This document shows positions 50,038 to 59,640 of a stretch of 64,000 nt of DNA, piece by piece. A program made the position numbers and the translations under genes. Origin of the DNA: an uncultured Chloroflexia bacterium (GTDB lineage Bacteria; Chloroflexota; Anaerolineae; JAAYZQ01); contig CAVOXA010000010.1 in the NCBI GenBank assembly GCA_963700285.1, positions 1 through 64,000 on the forward strand, read 5' to 3'. Each line of letters opens with the position of its first letter. The first letter of the stretch is position 1. The notes under the pieces are model-generated. The model was not told the origin of the DNA. It searched no databases and worked only from the letters and a program-made list of their open reading frames with translations.

Positions 50038-51312
50038 TCACTGTTTCTCGTACGGCTTTCCCTCGGCCGCCGGTGGTCTGGAGCGACCCACGACTCCTGC
50101 TACAACGATGATGGTCAGGATGTAGGGTGCCATCTGCAGGAACTCGGGCGGGATCGATTCGTTGATAAAGGGCAGCAGAGGCCTGATGATCTGCATCTTG
50201 ACCTGCAGCGCGTTGGCAAAGCCAAAGAGTAGGGCGGCCAGGAAGGCGCCAAATGGGTTCCAGTTGCCAAAGATCATGGCCGCCAGGGCCACAAAACCCT
50301 GTCCCCGGGTCATTCCGTCCTCAAAGGTCCCCACAATGCCCAGCGAAAAGTAGGCCCCGCCGATTCCGGCGATCAGGCCACCGACAATGACGCTGATGTA
50401 GCGCGTGCGATTGACGTGGACGCCGACCGTGTCGGCAGAGCTGGGATGCTCGCCGCAGGCCCGCATCCGCAGGCCCCAGGGGGTGAAAAAGATCAGGTAG
50501 TTGACCGCCACCAGCAGGATGAGCATGATGTAGACCGTAGGCTGGTTGACGAACAGAATCGGGCCAATGATGGGTATCTCGGACAATACGGGGATGGCTA
50601 TTAGCTGAAAGGAGCCGGGATTACTCAGTCCGGCCGGCTCCAGGATGCGGAGGTTCAGGAAGCGCGTGCCTCCGGCGGCCAAGATGTTGATCACCGTACC
50701 AGAGATAATCTGGTCCACTTTGAACCGGATCGACAGCACGGCGTGGAGCAAGGCCATCAGCCCGCCGGTCAGGCTGGCGGCCAGCAGGCCCAGCCACAGG
50801 CTATCAAAGATGCTGGCAAAGGCTACGGCAGCGAAAGCGCCGGAGAGCATCATGCCTTCGATGGCAATGTTGATGATGCCCGAACGCTCGCAAAAGATGC
50901 CGGCCATGGCGCCCAGGGTCAATGGTGTCGCCGCCGTCAGGGTGGCGTTGAGCATGCCTGGCAGGTTCATGCTTGTGCCGCTGGTGGCCCATACCAGAAA
51001 GCCAAAAGCAGCCACCAGGGCCACCAACCAGGCAGCCACGGCCCACAGAGAAGTCAGGCTGCGAAAGAGTCGCATGCCAGCCACAAAAAAACAAAAGGCG
51101 CCGATCATGTACAGCGTAGCCCGTGATGGCAGGGCCAAGAGTGTGCCCAGCACCTCGTCAGTAAAGACCGATTGGTCACCCGCCTGGGCGCTGTAGCCTC
51201 CGAGAAAGAGAAAGAACGCGCCCAGAACCACGAGCAACAGAATGCCCATCAGGTCGCGTCGACTCATGCCAAGCGTTCTGGGTGCATCAATGCTTTGTGC
51301 TTGAACTGTCAT
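50038..51312 (-). CDS. Nucleoside/sugar (CUT2/BMP-type) ABC permease
   Basis: ERSGIINIAIEG, GLRMRACGEHP, GQGFVALAAMIFGNW, PYILT. Confidence 0.9.
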   Translation of the reverse strand: MTVQAQSIDAPRTLGMSRRDLMGILLLVVLGAFFLFLGGYSAQAGDQSVFTDEVLGTLLALPSRATLYMIGAFCFFVAGMRLFRSLTSLWAVAAWLVALVAAFGFLVWATSGTSMNLPGMLNATLTAATPLTLGAMAGIFCERSGIINIAIEGMMLSGAFAAVAFASIFDSLWLGLLAASLTGGLMALLHAVLSIRFKVDQIISGTVINILAAGGTRFLNLRILEPAGLSNPGSFQLIAIPVLSEIPIIGPILFVNQPTVYIMLILLVAVNYLIFFTPWGLRMRACGEHPSSADTVGVHVNRTRYISVIVGGLIAGIGGAYFSLGIVGTFEDGMTRGQGFVALAAMIFGNWNPFGAFLAALLFGFANALQVKMQIIRPLLPFINESIPPEFLQMAPYILTIIVVAGVVGRSRPPAAEGKPYEKQ

Positions 51313-51324
51313 GTCTGCCCTCCC

Positions 51325-52803
51325 CTACGCTCCCCATCCACGCGAGAAGACCGGTTCCTCTACCTCTTCCTCCTTGGGCTTGCGGAGACGGTAGAGCATG
51401 CGGATGATTTCTGGCGCCGCAATAAAGATGATGACCAGGGCCTGGATGATCTGCACGATCTCCGTTGGAACCCCGGCGACAGACTGCATGCGGGCTGCCC
51501 CAGAGCGCAGCATGCCGAAGAGCAGGCTGGCGCCCACAACACCTGCGGGATGGCTCTTGCCCAAGAGTGCCAGGGCGATGGCGTCAAAACCATAACCTGC
51601 TTGGAAGCCAAGGGCGATGTTGTGGGTAATGCCCAGACCCTGGACTACGCCGGCCAGGCCGGCCAGACAGCCGCTCAAGAACATGGCAATGACAAAGGTC
51701 CGGCCTACCTTCATGCCCGCGTAGCGTGCCGCATCGGGATTGGCGCCCACGGTCCGCAAGCCAAAGCCCCAGACCGTTCGAAAGAGGAACCAGCCGGTAA
51801 GCGCTGCCACCAGGAGAGCCAGGACAAAACCCCAATGGAGCGTAACCGGATGGTCTAGAAAGCGGGGCAGGTAGGCGCTCGGAAGGATCTCTTGGGTCCT
51901 GCAGGTACCCTGGGTCTTCTCCAAGGGTCCGCAAAGGAGCCACTCACTAAGCCGATACACCACATAGTTGAGCATGATGGTGGTGATTACCTCATGAGCA
52001 CCAGTTCGCGCCTTTAGAAAGCCGGCGATGGAGCCCCATAGTCCTGCAGCGGCAGCCCCAATGATGACTGTTAGAGGCAGGTGAAGTCCCGCCGGAAGAC
52101 CGGTGAGGGAATAACCGACAAAGACAGCAACCATCCAGCCGATACCAATCTGCCCCTCAGCGCCGATGTTAAAGAGACCAGCGCGAAAGCCCAGGGCCAC
52201 AGCCAGGCCAGCAAAGATATAGGGCACCGATTGGACTAGGCTGTCGCTGGGCCCACGCAGGGCACGCAGAAGAGGCTTGAGCCCTTCTCCGCTCAAGGTC
52301 TCACCCAGGGCCCCAAGGATCTGCCGGGGGTTGCCCAGCGCACCCTCGTACAGTGCCTTGTAAGCCTCAGCCAGATTGCTCAGTCCTACCTGAATGGCCA
52401 CCAGAAGCCCCTCGGCCTGCATGGTCTGGTACACTTCCTGGTCGGTGAGGATGAGCACGATACCGCCAATAAGCAGGGCCGTGAACACCGATAGCGCCGG
52501 AATGACCAAACCTCGCAGCCGGGTGGCCAGCCATTGCTTCATCCAAGGCCAGCCGCCACGTCCGATGGACACGATGGCCAGCACACCGAGAGCGATCAAG
52601 AGCGTGATGGGCCACAGCCCCAAGGCGATCAATAGAAGCAAGATAAGCCACTTGCTCAGGAGAATAGCAATGGTCGCCAGCAGCGCCACAATTGCCAGCC
52701 GCACCCACAGGGGCAGGCCAGCAAACCCTCGCCGCGTTCCAACTTCGACCGGTGGGTCGCTTCCCCACCGAGGAGGAGTTTGTTCTTCAGCCAACAGAGT
52801 CAC
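51325..52803 (-). CDS. Nucleoside/sugar ABC permease with an N-terminal TM extension
   Basis: FRAGLFNIGAEGQ, HEVITTIMLN, GANPDAARYAG, GFDAIALALLG. Confidence 0.9.
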   Translation of the reverse strand: MTLLAEEQTPPRWGSDPPVEVGTRRGFAGLPLWVRLAIVALLATIAILLSKWLILLLLIALGLWPITLLIALGVLAIVSIGRGGWPWMKQWLATRLRGLVIPALSVFTALLIGGIVLILTDQEVYQTMQAEGLLVAIQVGLSNLAEAYKALYEGALGNPRQILGALGETLSGEGLKPLLRALRGPSDSLVQSVPYIFAGLAVALGFRAGLFNIGAEGQIGIGWMVAVFVGYSLTGLPAGLHLPLTVIIGAAAAGLWGSIAGFLKARTGAHEVITTIMLNYVVYRLSEWLLCGPLEKTQGTCRTQEILPSAYLPRFLDHPVTLHWGFVLALLVAALTGWFLFRTVWGFGLRTVGANPDAARYAGMKVGRTFVIAMFLSGCLAGLAGVVQGLGITHNIALGFQAGYGFDAIALALLGKSHPAGVVGASLLFGMLRSGAARMQSVAGVPTEIVQIIQALVIIFIAAPEIIRMLYRLRKPKEEEVEEPVFSRGWGA

Positions 52804-54721
52804 CTCCTTCTTCGGCGTGTTGCGTCGTCCCAGCGATCTCGCCGGGTATGCCCCCTTTTGTCGCGTTTCGCGGCTCCCCCTCGAGGGAGGCGCCGGCCAT
52901 GAGCAGGCCCAGCTCTTCGCGGGTGACGTCCTCAGCGTCCATGGTACCTACGATCTTGCCCTCGTACATCACTGCAATCCGGTCCGACAGGGCCATGATC
53001 TCGTCCAGTTCGACAGAGACCAGCAGCACGGCGACCCCCTCATCACGTTTTTCAATGAGCCTGCGATGGATATACTCGATTGAGCCAACATCCAGGCCTC
53101 GCGTCGGCTGGGCAGCGATGAGCAGCTTGATGGGCCTGGAGAACTCGCGGGCGACGATGACCTTTTGCTGGTTGCCGCCCGAGAGGTTTTGGGCTGGAAG
53201 GGTGATGCTGGGTGTCCGAACGTCAAACTCCGCTGACACCTTGCCGGCATAGTCGTAAACTGTATCGAACTGGATCTGCGGCCCTTTGGCAAAGGGTAGT
53301 TGATAGTAGGTATTCAAGATCAGGTTGTCGTAGATGGGAAAGCCCAGTACCAGGCCGTCTCGCTGGCGGTCTTCGGGGATGTGAGCCACGCCCAACTCGG
53401 TGATGGTACGAGGCATGGCATTGGTCACGTCCTGGCCCATGATGCGGGCCGACCCATCAATGGCCGGGTGGAGCCCCGTAAGGACCTCGACCAATTCTGT
53501 CTGGCCATTGCCCTGGACACCGGCTATGCCCAACACCTCGCCGGCCCTGACAAACAGGTCCACGCCGCGCAGGATCCTCTGGCCTCTGGAGTCATCAGCC
53601 GCGAGCCCTGTCACCTCCAGTACCACATCGGCGGGAGAAGCCGGCCCCTTGTCCACGATCAAGGTCACCTCGCGCCCGACCATCATCTCGGCCAGATCTT
53701 CTTCCGAAGACTCGGCCGGCGTCGTCTCGCCCACCACCCGGCCATTGCGCAGGACAATGACGCGGTCGGCAATGGTCATGACTTCTTTGAGCTTGTGAGT
53801 GATAAAGATGATCGACTTGCCCTGATCCACCAGGCCATGCATGATCTCGAACAACTCCTCTGTCTCCTGGGGGGTAAGCACTGCAGTTGGCTCATCGAGG
53901 ATCAGGATCTCGGCCTCGCGGTAGAGCGTCTTGATGATCTCCACACGCTGCTGCACGCCCACCGGCAGGTCCTCAACCAGCGCGTCGGGGTCCACGGCCA
54001 AACCATATTGCTCCGACAGGTCGCGGATGCGCTGCGACGCCACGCGTCTGTCCAAAGATGTCGTAATCTCGCGCACCGGTGGATAGGAAGCGGCGGAAAA
54101 GAGGATGGCCAGGAAAACGAGCGCCGGGATCCACTGGCGTCCGTCCATGGCGAAGGCCAGGCCAGCAAAGAGTGCAAAGCTGACCACAGCAACGATAGGA
54201 GAATATACACGGAACCGAAACCGGCTGAGGTGCCCAAGCGCGACTGCGAGGCCATAGAGGGCCGCCACAGCTCCCGCACCTGCGAGGGCGGCTAGGAGCC
54301 ACTGTCCCACGTTGTTAAACGCAAAGAGGCTACCCACAGAAAAGAGCAGGGCTGTGACCCCGCTCGCCAGCACCAACGACTTCCAGGAAAAGGAGAAGCG
54401 CGTCGGCTCGGTGCCCATCACAATGTTCTCGGCCACGGTAAAGACAGGGACCAGTTGAAAGTGCTGGTGGACCATGCCGATGCCCAATTCGATTGCATCG
54501 TTGGGATCCTTGATCTCAACTGGAGCGCCCCGGATCTCGATCTCACCCTCATCCTGGGAATAGAGACCATAGATCATGTTCATCAAGGTGCTCTTGCCGG
54601 CGCCGTTCTCGCCCAAGAAGGCCAAAATCTCGCGCTGCTGCAGCGAGAAGCTAACGCGGTCATTGGCCAGCACCCCAGGGAAGCGCTTGGTTACATTGCG
54701 TGCCTCCAGAATGGGGACCAT
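52787..54721 (-). CDS. Double-NBD nucleoside ABC ATPase with a ~114-aa hydrophobic insertion
   Basis: GENGAGKST, HQHF, ILDEPT, THKL, GVQGNGQ, LSGGNQQK, QPTRGLD. The insertion sits between EPTR and LDRR. Confidence 0.9.
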   Translation of the reverse strand: MVPILEARNVTKRFPGVLANDRVSFSLQQREILAFLGENGAGKSTLMNMIYGLYSQDEGEIEIRGAPVEIKDPNDAIELGIGMVHQHFQLVPVFTVAENIVMGTEPTRFSFSWKSLVLASGVTALLFSVGSLFAFNNVGQWLLAALAGAGAVAALYGLAVALGHLSRFRFRVYSPIVAVVSFALFAGLAFAMDGRQWIPALVFLAILFSAASYPPVREITTSLDRRVASQRIRDLSEQYGLAVDPDALVEDLPVGVQQRVEIIKTLYREAEILILDEPTAVLTPQETEELFEIMHGLVDQGKSIIFITHKLKEVMTIADRVIVLRNGRVVGETTPAESSEEDLAEMMVGREVTLIVDKGPASPADVVLEVTGLAADDSRGQRILRGVDLFVRAGEVLGIAGVQGNGQTELVEVLTGLHPAIDGSARIMGQDVTNAMPRTITELGVAHIPEDRQRDGLVLGFPIYDNLILNTYYQLPFAKGPQIQFDTVYDYAGKVSAEFDVRTPSITLPAQNLSGGNQQKVIVAREFSRPIKLLIAAQPTRGLDVGSIEYIHRRLIEKRDEGVAVLLVSVELDEIMALSDRIAVMYEGKIVGTMDAEDVTREELGLLMAGASLEGEPRNATKGGIPGEIAGTTQHAEEGGDSVG

Positions 54722-54740
54722 CGTCGCTCCCTTCTACCAA

Positions 54741-54808
54741 AACGGATTGGCAGGACTGGCGGATCGCGGCGCGTCACGCCTGAGATCCGAAAATCCTGCC
54801 AATCCGTT
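54741..54808. repeat. Intergenic inverted repeat
   Basis: AACGGATTGGCAGGA...TCCTGCCAATCCGTT. Confidence 0.6.
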
Positions 54809-54940
54809 GTTCCTCTGCGAACGGTGCCGGGACCACTGGCGCACCTACGGTCCTTGCACCGTTCTCAGATCTGTTTCGAAAGACTCCTTGCACAAGCAGG
54901 CGAACGAGCGCCTGATCTCGCAAGGATCGTAGTTGTTCGG

Positions 54941-57045
54941 CTATTCCGACGGCGGCCAGCCGGTCGAAAGATCGCCAGCCATGATGCCCTCTACGATCGC
55001 CTCGACTTCGGCCGCTCAGCTCGGCGGGTATCTCTCCCTCAAAGTCGTGGAAGGGCGCCAGACCCACGCCGCCATTCGCCAGTGTACCGATGTACAGCGA
55101 GCCACCGGGGAACTCGCCCTTGGTCTTGGCCTCAGTCACCGTAAACACAGCATTGTCCAGCCGCTTCATGACACGAGCGTGATCAGGATGTCCTTCTCGT
55201 TGGGCAGCGTAAAGTACTGGTCCACGTCCACGCCGACGCCCCACTTGCCACGCTCCTTGGCCGCGGCCAGACCACCATTGCCCGTCTTGCCGCCCACGCC
55301 AAAGATCACGTCCACACCCTCGTCGATCAGCGAGTTGCCCTGGATCTTGCCCTCGTCCGGCGCCTCAAAGTCGCCCACGTAGACGCCCTTGACCTGCACG
55401 TCCGTGCCCTTCTCCTGCGTTGTAGTACTCCACCCCGGCCTCGTAGGCCACGATGAACTGCTCCACCGGCGGAATCTGCATGCCGCCGATCCAGCCCACC
55501 TGCGGATCGTCCGGATCCTGCAGCGACCGCCCAGCCTGCCGCCAGGTAACCCGATGGGGAACGCCGCCTCGTCTACGTTAAACACGATGCCCGCTACGTT
55601 CGGGATCGGCGGGTCGTAGGCAAAGTCGATGATGGCCATGTTGGTGTCGGGATACACCTCCGCCATCTTGGCCGTGGCGTCGCCCAGCAGGAAACCCACC
55701 GTGAAGATCAGGTCGTAGCCCTGCTCGGCAAACTCGGTGATGTTCTTCTCATAGTCCGCCTGGGCCTGGCTCTCGATGAACTGGGACTGCACGCCCAGCT
55801 CTTCCTGGGCCCGCTCCAGCCCATCCCAGGTGTTCTCGTTAAAGCTGGCATCGTCGATGCCGCCCACGTCCGACACCATGCCGACCTTGAGGCCCTCGCC
55901 GGGTCGCCTCTGCACCTTCTGGCGGCTCGCCCCAGCCGGTCCAGATCTCGCCGGCGATGATGCCCTCCTGGATCGCCTCGACTTCGGCCTTCAGCTCGGC
56001 GGGTATCTCGTCCCTCAAAGTCGTGGTAGGGCGCCAGACCCACGCCGCCATTCTCCAGCGTGCCGATGTACAGCGAGCCACCGGGGAACTCGCCCTTGAT
56101 CAGCGCCTCGGTCACGCGTAAACACAGCATTGTCCAGCCGCTTCATGCACGAGCGTGATCAGGATGTCCTTCTCGTTGGGCAGCGTAAAGTACTGGTCCA
56201 CGTCCACGCCGACGCCCCACTTGCCACGCTCCTTGGCCGCGGCCAGACCACCATTGCCCGTCTTGCCGCCCACGCCAAAGATCACGTCCACACCCTCGTC
56301 GATCAGCGAGTTGCCCTGGATCTTGCCCTCGTCCGGCGCCTCAAAGTCGCCCACGTAGACGCCCTTGACCTGCACGTCCGTGCCCTTCTGCTGGTTGTAG
56401 TAGTCCACCCCGGCCTCGTAGGCCACGATGAACTGCTCCACCGGCGGAATCTGCATGCCGCCGATCCAGCCCACCTGCGGATCGTCCGGATCCTGCAGGA
56501 CCGCCCAGCCCGCCGCCAGGTAACCCGATGGGGAAAGCCGCCTCGTCCACGTTGAACACAATGCCCGCTACGTTCGGGATCGGCGGGTCGTAGGCAAAGT
56601 CGATGATGGCCATGTTGGTGTCGGGATACACTTCCGCCATCTTGGCCGTGGCGTCGCCCAGCAGGAAACCCACCGTGAAGATCAGGTCGTAGCCCTGCTC
56701 GGCAAACTCGGTGATGTTCTTCTCATAGTCCGCCTGGGCCTGGCTCTCGATGAACTGGGACTGCACGCCCAACTCTTCCTGGGCCATCTCCAGCCCATGC
56801 CAGGTGTTCTCGTTAAAGCTGGCATCGTCGATGCCGCCCACGTCCGACACCATGCCTACCTTCAGGCCGCCTTCTTCTTCCGGCTCAGCAGCAGGGGCCT
56901 CGGTGGGTTCGGGGGCCGGTGCCTCGGTGGGCGCGGCCGCTGCCTCGGTAGGTTCCGGCTTGGGCTCCGGTGTGGCTCCACAGCCAGCCAGCGCCAGGGA
57001 TAGGACCAGCAGCGCTACCATGGTAGCAAACATCCACTTTTTCAT
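54941..57045 (-). CDS. BMP/PnrA-family substrate-binding lipoprotein with two tandem near-identical domains (multiple frameshifts)
   Basis: MKKW...LAGC lipobox; KVGMVSDVGGIDDASFNE...GVDVDQY...MKRLD...GVGLAP(F/Y)HDFE present twice, joined by a WGEPPEGAEA linker. Confidence 0.85.
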
Positions 57046-57185
57046 CGTTTTCCTCCTTTGGTTGGAACTATGTAACACTCTTCTAGTAGGTATGAACAAC
57101 TGATTATGGACACGAGGAAAGTCTGGTCGATGGGCTACCTCCTTGTCTCGTTTGGGCCTGGATGAATTCCAACCCACCGGCTCGC

Positions 57186-57214
57186 ATTATACCCCATCTC
57201 GCCCACATTGGCAA
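57186..57214 (-). promoter_or_regulatory. sigma70 promoter of the BMP-ABC operon
   Basis: Minus strand TTGCCA-17 bp-TATAAT. Confidence 0.7.
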
Positions 57215-57308
57215 GCTCTTTGCACACTGATGAAACAGTGGCGACTTTCTTAACGGAGGGAGCCCCAAGGGCTGATACCTTGCAAGCCAAGTACTCTACC
57301 CGGCAAGA

Positions 57309-57332
57309 GGCGGGACCTGAATCCCGTCCTAC
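57309..57332. repeat. GTAG-type REP palindrome
   Basis: Minus strand GTAGGACGGGATTCAGGTCCCGCC. Confidence 0.5.
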
Positions 57333-57346
57333 CCAAGGGCACCACA

Positions 57347-59554
57347 TTACAGTGGCGGGAGACCACCTGCTGGCTGCTCACTGGGCTGCTGTGCCGGACT
57401 GGTTTGAATCACCTCACGGGTGCCGCTGCCGCCCGGGGCAGGACCAATGATGCCCTGTTCTTCCATCGTTTCGATTAGCCTGGCGGCTCGCGAATAGCCG
57501 ATGCGTAGTTGGCGCTGAAGCATCGAGACCGAAGCGCGCTGGTGCTCCTGAACGATGGTGATCGCCCTGGGCAACAGTTCATCCTGGTTTGCGGCCTGCG
57601 CCTCGGAGTCTTCTATCTCCTGCCACATCTTTCGTTGGACCACCTCCTCGGGCAGGACCGGCTCTTGAGCCAAACGCACTCCCTTCCAGTAACGCACCAA
57701 CGCCGCTAATTCCTTGTCCGACACAAAACAGCCCTGGAGGCGAACCAACTTGCTGGAATCGGGGGCCATAAACAGCATATCGCCCCGGCCCAGCAGCTTG
57801 TCCGCCCCTGCGCTATCAATGATCACACGCGAATCAACCTGGCTGGTCACGGCAAAACTGATGCGCGCCGGAAAGTTGGCCTTGATAAGTCCGGTGACGA
57901 CATCCACGCTGGGCCGTTGGGTAGCGATGACCAGGTGGATACCCGTGGCCCGCGCCATCTGGGCGAGGCGACAGATGGCACGCTCTACCTCATCGGGCGC
58001 GACCATCATCAGATCGGCCAGTTCATCGATGACCACCACGATATAGGGCAACGGCTTTTTTCCCTTGGCGATCAGCTGTTGGTTATAGACATCAATGTTC
58101 CTGGCCCTTGCCTGGTTGAACTGCTTGTACCGATCGTCCATCTCGCGCGTGGCCCAGTTCAGCACCCCGACCACCCGTTCCAGCTCGATGACCACCGGCG
58201 CTCGTAGGTGGGGAATGCTGTTGTAGGTCGTTAGCTCTACCATCTTGGGATCAACCATGATGAACTGGACATCATCAGGGGTACGGGTACAGAGCAACGA
58301 GGCAATGATCGAGTTCACGCACACGCTCTTGCCCGAACCGGTGGCACCGGCGATGAGCAAGTGAGGCAGCGTCGCCAGATCAGTGGCGATGGGATTGCCC
58401 GCGACATCCTGGCCAAGGGCAATGGGCAGGGGTCCTTTGATCTTGCGGAAGGGATCGCTCTCCAGCACAGTACGCAAGGCCACCAAGGCGATCTCGGAGT
58501 TGGGGACCTCGATGCCAACGATGGAGCGGCCGGGCACCGGCGCCTCAATTCGAATGGGCGAAGCGGCTAGCGCCAGCGCAAGGTCATTGGACAGGCCAGA
58601 GATCTTGCTAACCTTGATCTTGGACCGGGTGACCCGGCCGTTGCTGTTTCGCCTTTCGATGTAACCGGGCTCCACGCCGAACTGGGTTACGGTCGGCCCC
58701 TGGTTTACCTCGACTACCTTGGCCGGTACAGCGAAACTGGACAGCGTATCCTCAATGATCCGCACCCGCTCGCGGATCTCGGTCTGGCTCAACTCTTGCT
58801 CTTCGGATTTTTCCAGTATTTCGTCCATCGCTGGCAGATGCCACGTCCGCTCGCCACCAATGATACGTGGAAAGACACTGCCAGATGGACGCATGGGTGT
58901 CAGCCCAGCCTCTGCTTCAGTGGATGGCAGTTCGCGCAAAGGCTGGCCCTGCAGTAGTGGATCTTTCCCGCGATGCGGCAGCTCGATGCGCGGCAACCGT
59001 GCCTGGTCCGGTACCCGCCGGACCGCGTCAATCACAGCCAACCACATCTCGCCGAGCGACTTGCCCAGCACAATGATCAGACAGATGATCAACAACATCA
59101 CCAGCACGAGTACCGCCGCCGGCGTGCCAAATCCCGACACCAGCAGCCCACTCAACCCATAGCCCACGTAACCGCCACCACCGCCTTCAGCGGCTATAGA
59201 CCGGGGATCGTCTCCACCAACAATCAGGTGCAACAAGGCCAGTCCGAACACAAAAAAGAACAGTACGCCCCATGGTTTCCCTGGCTCGATGTTCAATTTT
59301 CGATCGAATCCCAGAAAGGTCAACCAAAGGCCTGCCGCAGCGAACCAGACCGGCATCAACCATACGCCCCAGCCAACCCCCGACCGCAGGAAACCGATCC
59401 ATAGATCCATCGCTGCTCCGCGCTCGACGGGAATGAGGCTCAGTAAGGTCAGAAGAGCCACCAACAGCAGGAGGATGCCAAAAACCTCGGGACGCAAGAT
59501 GCCGCCCAGCTCCAGTCCGCTGCCTGGTTTCTTTGTTTTACTCCTCTTTGTCAT
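57347..59554 (-). CDS. ftsK: DNA translocase FtsK/SpoIIIE
   Basis: N-terminal TM domain, PHLLIAGATGSGKS, DPKMVEL, IDELADLMM, ATQRPS, LLGRGDML, gamma domain LQR.LRIGYSRAARL. Confidence 0.96.
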   Translation of the reverse strand: MTKRSKTKKPGSGLELGGILRPEVFGILLLLVALLTLLSLIPVERGAAMDLWIGFLRSGVGWGVWLMPVWFAAAGLWLTFLGFDRKLNIEPGKPWGVLFFFVFGLALLHLIVGGDDPRSIAAEGGGGGYVGYGLSGLLVSGFGTPAAVLVLVMLLIICLIIVLGKSLGEMWLAVIDAVRRVPDQARLPRIELPHRGKDPLLQGQPLRELPSTEAEAGLTPMRPSGSVFPRIIGGERTWHLPAMDEILEKSEEQELSQTEIRERVRIIEDTLSSFAVPAKVVEVNQGPTVTQFGVEPGYIERRNSNGRVTRSKIKVSKISGLSNDLALALAASPIRIEAPVPGRSIVGIEVPNSEIALVALRTVLESDPFRKIKGPLPIALGQDVAGNPIATDLATLPHLLIAGATGSGKSVCVNSIIASLLCTRTPDDVQFIMVDPKMVELTTYNSIPHLRAPVVIELERVVGVLNWATREMDDRYKQFNQARARNIDVYNQQLIAKGKKPLPYIVVVIDELADLMMVAPDEVERAICRLAQMARATGIHLVIATQRPSVDVVTGLIKANFPARISFAVTSQVDSRVIIDSAGADKLLGRGDMLFMAPDSSKLVRLQGCFVSDKELAALVRYWKGVRLAQEPVLPEEVVQRKMWQEIEDSEAQAANQDELLPRAITIVQEHQRASVSMLQRQLRIGYSRAARLIETMEEQGIIGPAPGGSGTREVIQTSPAQQPSEQPAGGLPPL

Positions 59555-59640
59555 CGCTTTTCCTACGCCTCGACCCTATTATACCCTTTCTTTGCTATGC
59601 GCGCAAATGTTCTAATCGGGCCGAAGATGGTGCAATCTGC

